Origin: Candidatus Micrarchaeota archaeon
Lineage (GTDB): Archaea; Micrarchaeota; Micrarchaeia; Anstonellales; Bilamarchaeaceae
Direction: 5' to 3'
NCBI GenBank assembly: GCA_038046765.1
Contig: JBBSVN010000019.1
Coordinates: 1-24,551 of the forward strand
Length of the DNA stretch: 24,551 nucleotides
Shown here: positions 17,809 to 24,551 of the stretch, in pieces
Layout of the letters: every line of letters begins with the position of its first letter
Numbering within the stretch: position 1 is the stretch's first letter
Translations under genes and position numbers: made by a program
The notes under the pieces: generated by a model
Databases searched by the model: none
Told to the model about the DNA's origin: nothing
Seen by the model: the letters and a program-made list of their open reading frames with translations, nothing else

Positions 17809-17899
17809 CCTGACGCTCATAAAGCGATTTCCCGTAAGTCGAAGTGCGGAATTTTAATCGTTCGTCGTGGGTTTTTTCGTGTTTATCGAAATTTGAGTT
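17809..17899. repeat. Structured intergenic element, degenerate copy B
   Basis: Shares ordered blocks with copy A: CCTGAC, AAAGCGWTTTC, GCGGAAWT and TTTCGWGTTT(G/AT)CGAAATTTGRGTT. Confidence 0.45.
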
Positions 17900-17983
17900 A
17901 GTATGCAATTAACGAGTTTGGTATAGTAACTGTAGTACAGTTATCCTAAAGTAATAAATATAAGAGAAACGTAAGTTAAAAGC

Positions 17984-19447
17984 ATGACAGAAGAAAAACA
18001 ATCAAAAGAAGAAACTTTTGATTTCGAGGATACTTCTAAAATAGTTCTTCCAAAAGACCCATTCGAAAGAATAATTGGTCAGGATGAAGCAGTTAGAATA
18101 GCAAGATTAATCCCAAAACAGAGAAGACATTTACTTCTTGTTGGCCCTCCTGGAACTGGAAAGAGTATGATCGCACAGGCAATTGCAAGCGTACTCGAGA
18201 GACCAAAACAAGAAATCGCAATAGTACATAACGATAATAATCCCGAAAGACCGATTGTTGAAGTTGTAAATGCCAGTGCATCAAATAAACAACAAAAACA
18301 AATTACTACTTTTGGAACGATAGTGAATCCTCTAGATGTACCGATTTTTGTAACTGAAAAGCTAGGATTTCGATGCCACAGATGCGGTGCAGTTAGTTCG
18401 CCGCAATTAATAATATGCGAATGTGGTTCACAAAAAACTGCAAAAAATATATTCTCTGCTGAAAAGGAAATATTAAATATGTTTGGAATGCCACAACAAG
18501 AATTAACTATACCTAGAGTTGCGACAGTAAGAAAACTAGCTAATGGAAAAGAAGAACAACTAGTATATGAACTTACAAATGAGTACCAAATAAGATTACT
18601 TAATCAACAGGACATTAAAAAAATGCATGAAATGAATAAAAAAAGCCAACGGAGAATTTTAATTCCAATTACACGTTCGACCTTTGTACAAGGTAGCACT
18701 AGTAGTGAAACTGGACTTCTTGGAGACATAAGACATGATCCTTATGGAGGACACCCCCAACTTGGAACTCCAGCTTATTTAAGAGTAGTCCCGGGATCAG
18801 TTCATGAAGCGCACGAAGGCGTACTTTATGTAGATGAACTAGCAACCCTTGGAGAAACACAAAGATATATTTTAACAGCAATGCAAGAGAGAAGATTCCA
18901 AATTACTGGGAAAAATCCAGGAAGTAGCGGTGCAACAGTGCGAGTTGAAAATGTACCTTGTGATTTCATACTTGTTGGTTCAGTAAACATAAATGATTTA
19001 CCCCACATTATCCCAGCGCTTAGGTCAAGAATACGAGGAGACGGATACGAAATACTTATGCGTCCATATATGGCAGATAATTTTGCAAATCAGAAAAAAC
19101 TCGCGCAATTTGTTTCACAGGAAATTATAAAGGATAGTAGAATCCCGCACGCTAAAGTTGAAGCAGTCGAACAGATAATTATTGAATCCCGAAAAATCAC
19201 AAAAACAATAGATAATGTTAATGGACTAACACTTCGGCTTCGGAATTTAAGCGGACTAGTAAAACTAGCTGGAGATATCGCCAGATATGAAAACTCTGAA
19301 TTTATAGAAAAAAAACATATACTTGATTCAGTTAAAAATGGTAAAAGCATTGAAGAGCAGTTAAGCGATGAATATGGAAGCTGGTTTAAAGCTGGAAGCG
19401 CGGATTATGCCGTTCCTAAAACTATAATGGGACGAGAAACGGGATAA
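17984..19447 (+). CDS. LonB-type AAA+ ATPase lacking the Lon protease domain and TM segments, with a Cys4 insert
   Basis: IIGQDEA, GPPGTGKS, LLGDIRHDPYGG, HEAHEGVLYVDE, SSGATVRVENVPCDF, PALRSRIRG and LTLRLRNL are all LonB ATPase motifs. The ORF ends shortly after SIEEQLSDEY, where the protease domain would begin. Confidence 0.88.
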   Translation: MTEEKQSKEETFDFEDTSKIVLPKDPFERIIGQDEAVRIARLIPKQRRHLLLVGPPGTGKSMIAQAIASVLERPKQEIAIVHNDNNPERPIVEVVNASASNKQQKQITTFGTIVNPLDVPIFVTEKLGFRCHRCGAVSSPQLIICECGSQKTAKNIFSAEKEILNMFGMPQQELTIPRVATVRKLANGKEEQLVYELTNEYQIRLLNQQDIKKMHEMNKKSQRRILIPITRSTFVQGSTSSETGLLGDIRHDPYGGHPQLGTPAYLRVVPGSVHEAHEGVLYVDELATLGETQRYILTAMQERRFQITGKNPGSSGATVRVENVPCDFILVGSVNINDLPHIIPALRSRIRGDGYEILMRPYMADNFANQKKLAQFVSQEIIKDSRIPHAKVEAVEQIIIESRKITKTIDNVNGLTLRLRNLSGLVKLAGDIARYENSEFIEKKHILDSVKNGKSIEEQLSDEYGSWFKAGSADYAVPKTIMGRETG

Positions 19448-19461
19448 TAACTAAACTAAAG

Positions 19462-19547
19462 AGCACATTCTTCGATAATATGCTCTTACACTTAGCATAT
19501 TTTGCCTTTTTATGCTGTTAAAAGAGCACATTTTACAGTTTTATGCG
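19462..19547. promoter_or_regulatory. Three palindromic operator-like sites AGCAYA-N11-TATGCK at 31-32-bp spacing
   Basis: Sites at 19462-19484, 19494-19516 and 19525-19547. The last two lie within an imperfect 31-bp tandem duplication (19494-19555). Confidence 0.6.
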
Positions 19548-19561
19548 GTTAAAAGCGATCG

Positions 19562-19755
19562 ATATATTCGGCACTAACAGAAAATCTAAACATTGGACAA
19601 ACTGCAGAAACAGCAGTTTATGATAAACTAAAAAAAGAAAATTTAGAGTTTTATCTGGACTCGCAAAAAAGAGAAGTTGATTTTATAAGCAAAATTCCAA
19701 TTGAAGTTGAATATCAGAATATGATAACGAACGAGGAGAGCAAACAACTTAGGAT
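19562..19755 (+). pseudogene. C-terminal remnant of an AAA+/DUF4143 ATP-binding protein
   Basis: The frame reads IYSALTENLNIGQTAETAVYDKLKKENLEFYLDSQKREVDFISKIPIEVEYQNMIT.., matching the G-x-x-x-E..V...EVDF...PIEVKY pattern. It has no start codon, an upstream in-frame TAA at 19550, and runs into the pgk 3' end. Confidence 0.7.
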
Positions 19756-20949
19756 TTACCCAAATCGTCTCCAATTTTCTTCAAGCATTTCAATAGCAGG
19801 CAGACGTTTTCCAGATAAGAATTCGATTAATGATTTACCAGATAAACTTACATAACCAAACTTCTTTTTGTCAATTCCAAATTTATCAATCGCAGTAATT
19901 GTATGCCCGCCACCAAGAAGTGAAAACGCTTTGCTATTGGCAATTGCATTTAAAATATTTTTAGTTCCGTATGAAAACTTTTCAAGTTCATAAACTCCTG
20001 CTGGCCCATTTGCAATTATGACCGCTGAGGCATTAATAATTTTGGAATATTCTTCAATAGTTTTAGTCCCAATATCAAGAATTTCGCCATCTTCACTAAT
20101 GATATTTAGTTCAGATACATCAAATTCAAAACGCTCACCATTAATTGAAAATGCAACATCAATTGGAAGTATAATTCTCTGACCAAATTTTTCAAGCAAA
20201 GATTTAGCTTCATCTAAGCAGTCTAAAAGTTCATTTTCTTTTAGATAGTGAATTGATTTTGAAACATCATGGCCTTTAGCGTGTAATAGTAAAATTGAAA
20301 GTGCTCCGCCAACCAAAATATGCTTCACTTTACCTTCTTCGAGCCAATTTTTCATAACTGAAAAAGAATCATGAACTTTTGAACCGCCGAAAAAGAACAC
20401 GACATCGCTGCTATGCTGCACAGTTTTGATCGCATTTAATTCTTCGTAAAGTACCGAACCAGCAAAACTAGGTATTGTATTCATAAATCCAACTACACTA
20501 GCGTGTTTCCTATGAGAAATTGAAAGCGCATCCAAAACAAAATAATTAAATAGTGGAGAAAGCTCTTTTACTATTTGTCCATCATGTTTTTCTTCATCAT
20601 CAAGCATACGAACATTTTCTAAAAGTAGGATCTGGCCATTACCAAGTTTTCTAATAGCAGATTTTGCATGTTCAGTAATTGTATCTTTGACAAAAAAAAC
20701 TTCCTTTCCAATTAGATCTCTTAACATAATTGCATGTTGTTCTAAGGAAATAAAATCTTCTTCACCGCGTCTTCCCTGATGAGATAAAACAACAAGTTTA
20801 CAATTCCTATCGCTAAGTTTTTTTATTGTTTTAGCATGAGCAACAATTCTGGGATTAAGAGATATTTTCCCATCTTCCAAGGGAGAATTTAGATCAGCCC
20901 GTAGTAGAACAAATTTACCAGTTATATCTAAACCATCAAGCGTTCGCAT
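19756..20949 (-). CDS. pgk: Phosphoglycerate kinase
   Basis: RADLNSP, SHQGR, LLENVR, HRKHAS, GGSKVHD, DIGTKT, NGPAGVYE, GGGHT and VSLSGK. The likely start is ATG 20949 (MRTLDG), just after the topA stop. Confidence 0.95.
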   Translation of the reverse strand: MRTLDGLDITGKFVLLRADLNSPLEDGKISLNPRIVAHAKTIKKLSDRNCKLVVLSHQGRRGEEDFISLEQHAIMLRDLIGKEVFFVKDTITEHAKSAIRKLGNGQILLLENVRMLDDEEKHDGQIVKELSPLFNYFVLDALSISHRKHASVVGFMNTIPSFAGSVLYEELNAIKTVQHSSDVVFFFGGSKVHDSFSVMKNWLEEGKVKHILVGGALSILLLHAKGHDVSKSIHYLKENELLDCLDEAKSLLEKFGQRIILPIDVAFSINGERFEFDVSELNIISEDGEILDIGTKTIEEYSKIINASAVIIANGPAGVYELEKFSYGTKNILNAIANSKAFSLLGGGHTITAIDKFGIDKKKFGYVSLSGKSLIEFLSGKRLPAIEMLEENWRRFG

Positions 20950-20959
20950 CAGAATCACT

Positions 20960-23080
20960 TTATTTTTCTTTTTGATCAACTTTAGTTTCAAGAGTTTTGG
21001 TTTCTTCACTTTTAACTACATCAGTTTTAGCTTCAATTTTAGTTTCAGTCTTACTCTTAACTCCCCAAGATGCTTTGGATGGACATTTAGGATCAATACA
21101 CATGCTAAAACGAGATTTAAATCGTTTAATATCTACAGTTGGTTTGTTGCAATCTTTGCAAAGTTTAGTTGATACAGTAACAAAGGCGCCACCAGGTAAT
21201 GGATAAGCATTCCTGCAATTTGGATAACCTCTGCATCCAATAAACTGCTTTCCGGCTTTCATTCGGATAATTCTTAAACTATTGCCGCATTTATCACAAG
21301 TGCCAACAGTCGTTTCCTTATCTTGAGTAATTTTTAATGCGGAAACAAGTTCATTTCCGATTGCCTCTTCATTTGTTTTCCATTTAGTAAGCGTATTAGT
21401 AAGAATTGTTCTTGCTTCAATGAGGATTTTTTCCTTATCAGCTTTGCCTTCCTGAATTTTTTCCATATCTTCTTCGATATGACGAGTTAAGTATTCATCC
21501 AAAATTTCTGGAGCATATTTTCTTAAGATTTCACAGACTTCTAAACCAAAGTCGCTTACTTTTATTGACTTTCCTTCAGCGTAGCCACGATCAAATAATG
21601 TTTCGATTACTACGGCACGCGTTGCTTTTGTACCTAAATGCCTTGACTCTAATTCGCTTACAATGCTTGCTTCGCTGTACCTGTTTGGAGGTTTTGTCTC
21701 TTTTCGTGTGTTCTTTTTATCTTCAAGAGTTACTTTTTCTTTCTCCTTAAATTCAGGCAGTTCATTATCTTCAGCCTTGTAATGCGGACCATAAAATTCA
21801 ATCCAACCTTTTTCTTTTGTGACAGCACCACTAGCAGAGTATAATTCTCCGTTAGAATTAATTTTTACGCCAGTGCGCTCTTTTTTAGCAGGTGGGGCAA
21901 ATGACGCTAAAAAGCGTCTAACGATTAGATCATAAACTTTTGCATCATATTCGTTCATTTCGCCTTTTTGACCAGTTGGGTGAATTGCAGGGTGAGCTGG
22001 ATCTTCCTTTTTACCTTGTAGAGGTTTATTCCAGTCATTTTTTATAAGTTTTTTAGCTAATTCTTCATAACCTTTAATTCCAGATATTTTTTTAACTATT
22101 TCAAATGGTTTTAGTTTATCAGATATTTGTTGTGAAGAAGTACGCGGATAAGAAATAAGTGAATTTTCATAAAGAGATTGGGCTATTTCAAGAGTTTTCT
22201 TAGGAGTGATGCCAAACAGGCGATAAACTTCAACTTGCAAACTGGTTAAGTCAAAATTAGGTTGAGGAGCAACAGTAAATGCTTTCTTTTCTACTTTTTC
22301 AACAGTTCCTTCTTTTGTTGTATTTTCATATTTTTGTTTGGCGATTGCTTCTTCAACAAACCTTCCTTCAGAATGATGAAATTCGCAACCTTTTGCCAGG
22401 AGGGTAATTTCCCAGTATGGACTTGGAACGAACGCTTTGATTTCTTTTTCAAGACTTGCTAGCAAATATAATGCCGGACCCTGTACCCGTCCGATACTCA
22501 TTACGCGGTATCTATTAACCTTCCGGATAGCACCCATAAGAGCGCGACTTAGATTGATACCATAATACCAATCAAGTATGTGTCTTGTTTCACCGGCATA
22601 AGCATTATTATAATCAAGTTCGATACTGTTTTCATAGGCTTCTTTAAGTTCATTATCAGTAAGGGTAGAAAATTTCATTCTTCGTGCGGGTTTTTTCCCC
22701 CCAACAGCATATTTGTAAATATTGTATCCGATTAGCGATCCTTCAATATCAAAGTCGCATGCAGCGACAAAACTTTTAGCTTTTTTACCAACAGACTCTA
22801 AGACATTTAAATACGGCTTGGTGAATGCGGAACTTTTGCTTACATCATAAGTTGGCTTCCATTCAATGTCAAAAATAGGATAACCGCTCGATTTCTTTTT
22901 TTCTGCTAATGTATAAACATGGCCTACGGCTGGAGCGATAACTACAAGTTTTCCATTAATCTCTGTTTCGAAGTAACTTACCTTTCCAAGGCTTTTCTTT
23001 TTAACAGATTTACCTCCAATCGCGTAAGCTATTTTTTCAGCTACTTTTGGTTTTTCTGCAACAACTAATTCGATATCCAT
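20960..23080 (-). CDS. topA: DNA topoisomerase IA (archaeal TopA/Topo III) with C-terminal zinc ribbons
   Basis: AEKP, GHVY, ACDFDIEG, SIGRVQGP, ISYPRTSS (catalytic Tyr), AHPAIHPT, LGTKATR and C-terminal Cys pairs. The start is ATG 23080 or 23089. Confidence 0.96.
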   Translation of the reverse strand: MDIELVVAEKPKVAEKIAYAIGGKSVKKKSLGKVSYFETEINGKLVVIAPAVGHVYTLAEKKKSSGYPIFDIEWKPTYDVSKSSAFTKPYLNVLESVGKKAKSFVAACDFDIEGSLIGYNIYKYAVGGKKPARRMKFSTLTDNELKEAYENSIELDYNNAYAGETRHILDWYYGINLSRALMGAIRKVNRYRVMSIGRVQGPALYLLASLEKEIKAFVPSPYWEITLLAKGCEFHHSEGRFVEEAIAKQKYENTTKEGTVEKVEKKAFTVAPQPNFDLTSLQVEVYRLFGITPKKTLEIAQSLYENSLISYPRTSSQQISDKLKPFEIVKKISGIKGYEELAKKLIKNDWNKPLQGKKEDPAHPAIHPTGQKGEMNEYDAKVYDLIVRRFLASFAPPAKKERTGVKINSNGELYSASGAVTKEKGWIEFYGPHYKAEDNELPEFKEKEKVTLEDKKNTRKETKPPNRYSEASIVSELESRHLGTKATRAVVIETLFDRGYAEGKSIKVSDFGLEVCEILRKYAPEILDEYLTRHIEEDMEKIQEGKADKEKILIEARTILTNTLTKWKTNEEAIGNELVSALKITQDKETTVGTCDKCGNSLRIIRMKAGKQFIGCRGYPNCRNAYPLPGGAFVTVSTKLCKDCNKPTVDIKRFKSRFSMCIDPKCPSKASWGVKSKTETKIEAKTDVVKSEETKTLETKVDQKEK

Positions 23081-23184
23081 AAAAATCATTTAATTAAACT
23101 AGAAATAAACTAGAGTAATAATTATAAATAAATATACACTAACTACGCTTAAAAATAAAACGTTTTAAAAAATAATACATCAAT

Positions 23185-24549
23185 CTACTTCTTAAACCTC
23201 GAAGATCCTGCTTTGCCGAATTTTAAAATACCCATTCGTGAAAGTAAGAGTATAATAAATGCAAACACAACAACAGTAACGCCAACATTAACAATATTAG
23301 GCGATTTATAGAAAGATGAAACGGATTGGATTAAGTTTGGAATATATATCTGGGATGGCTTAGCAACTACTTTGGCATATTCTGATTCAGAAATGGCTGA
23401 AGTTTGTTTTGATGAAATAATTGCACTATCATGTGACGACAATAATTGAATTTTATAATCTCCCTTTTGGACTGCATTTAGAGAAAGTTCTCCAGAAGCA
23501 TCTGTTTTTTCAAGTTTAGATGTTTTATCGGGATAAACAATTTTTAGTATTGTATCAGCACATGGACCTTGCTTGCTCACAAGTTTTACTTTGAAGTTTT
23601 TACCAACTATTACGTTTTGATCTATGATTATTTCACATTTCTCAAGAGAAGGTAAGGGTTTTATTGCTCGGATTGAACTGTATTTGGTAAGGTCAAATGG
23701 AAGAGTTATTGAATAAACTCCAACTGTGTCTAGTTCTGCAAACAGTTCTCCGTTTAAACTAGTTACTGCAGATAATTTTTCCCCCTTTGGATCTTTTACA
23801 TTAACTTCAACTCTAGCACAACTTTCCCCATTTGGAGTTACTAATCTAATAAGTCTTTTTTCACCAACATAACCATATTTATCGTGAGTAATAATGCAAG
23901 ATGGATAATTGACACATAATTCTGTATTGTAGCCTAAGCAGTCGTCTTTACACCTTAGTTCTCCACCTATGTACCTATTTGTAAAGCATGTTTGCCTACC
24001 TAAATCAGAGCCATCACATATTTCTCCTCTATCGATAAGATTGTTTCCACAGAAATTACAATCGATATCGCAACTTGTCCTGCTTTCATTAAGTGAATAT
24101 TCACAAATGCCATTACCGCAACTATCAATGATTCTTGTTTCGTTTATTGTTTCATTTAGTAACAAAGTTTCATTTGATAATAGCTCAACTGTAGGGCAAG
24201 ACTCAGAAGTAAAAGAAACCGTTGTTGGAAGCGGCATCTGATAACCAGATTTTCTAGCATCAACTTCGTAAGTCCCGTGTCTTGTTAGACTTAAATTTAG
24301 TTTTCCACTAGAATCTGCGTTTGCACTTAAAACATTTCCTTCATATGGAGAAGTAAGAATAACATCGACTATTGCTCCGGGCAATGTAGATATCTGTAAT
24401 GTGTTTGGACAAACTACACTGGCAGATACACTCACAAACTCAGAAGTTAATGCTTTTGGTGGACTGCTGCTTGAAGAACGTGATGCAGATACTGGGATAC
24501 TTATTGTAAACCTATATGTTGAAGTATTTACTGAATTATTCACATTATC
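23185..24549 (-). CDS. C-terminally anchored cell-surface protein (Ig/carboxypeptidase-regulatory-like beta domains plus Cys-rich module), 5' end outside window
   Basis: The frame is open to the window edge. It contains G-x-Y-x-V beta-sandwich signatures (TRHGTYEVDARKSGY), CGNGICE...CGNNLIDRGEICDG Cys-rich repeats, and a C-terminal TM (VGVTVVVFAFIILLL) with a basic tail. Confidence 0.8.
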   Translation of the reverse strand, partial: DNVNNSVNTSTYRFTISIPVSASRSSSSSPPKALTSEFVSVSASVVCPNTLQISTLPGAIVDVILTSPYEGNVLSANADSSGKLNLSLTRHGTYEVDARKSGYQMPLPTTVSFTSESCPTVELLSNETLLLNETINETRIIDSCGNGICEYSLNESRTSCDIDCNFCGNNLIDRGEICDGSDLGRQTCFTNRYIGGELRCKDDCLGYNTELCVNYPSCIITHDKYGYVGEKRLIRLVTPNGESCARVEVNVKDPKGEKLSAVTSLNGELFAELDTVGVYSITLPFDLTKYSSIRAIKPLPSLEKCEIIIDQNVIVGKNFKVKLVSKQGPCADTILKIVYPDKTSKLEKTDASGELSLNAVQKGDYKIQLLSSHDSAIISSKQTSAISESEYAKVVAKPSQIYIPNLIQSVSSFYKSPNIVNVGVTVVVFAFIILLLSRMGILKFGKAGSSRFKK

Positions 24550-24551
24550 AG

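Noticed and set aside
17726..17908. 60-aa ORF upstream of the ATPase
   Set aside because: It is at the length threshold, has no recognisable features and coincides with repeat copy B. It cannot be fully excluded.
19462..19555. Mini CRISPR array
   Set aside because: The period is only 31-32 bp, with no room for repeat plus spacer. The units are imperfect and no cas genes are present.
19756..21009. Longer pgk start overlapping topA by 50 nt
   Set aside because: The extension is Lys/Leu shadow sequence of the topA tail. PGK homology begins at MRTLDG (20949).
15869..24241. Antisense ORFs inside the ATPase, lon-like, topA and surface protein genes
   Set aside because: They overlap long motif-bearing genes on the opposite strand and have no independent support.

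Overview
AT-rich archaeal chromosome segment, most consistent with a DPANN (probably Micrarchaeota-like) archaeon. This is inferred from archaeal-type r-proteins S24e/S27ae/S28e/L24e/L7Ae, aIF5A, Sm, Kae1, a BHB-type tRNA intron and GGTG/GAGG Shine-Dalgarno sites. The left 8 kb is accessory. It holds a >1300-aa secreted parallel beta-helix protein that runs off the window and is absent from the ORF track, followed by four orphan membrane-associated proteins. The centre is housekeeping: kae1, CAAX protease, rps27ae (also absent from the ORF track), rps24e, aIF5A, tatD, NYN protein, Sm, tRNA-Ala(GGC) with a T-loop (59/60) intron, rpl7ae-rps28e-rpl24e-ndk and dUTPase. The right part has a P2A Ca2+-type ATPase flanked by two degenerate copies of a structured non-coding element, a LonB-type AAA+ ATPase with no protease domain and a Cys4 insert in place of the membrane anchor, a triple palindromic operator-like array before a decayed DUF4143 ATPase remnant, pgk, topA and a partial Cys-rich surface protein. 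The strongest non-coding signals are the tRNA intron, a kink-turn over the L7Ae ribosome-binding site, the AGCAYA-N11-TATGCK array and the repeated structured element. All calls were made by eye; no database searches were run.
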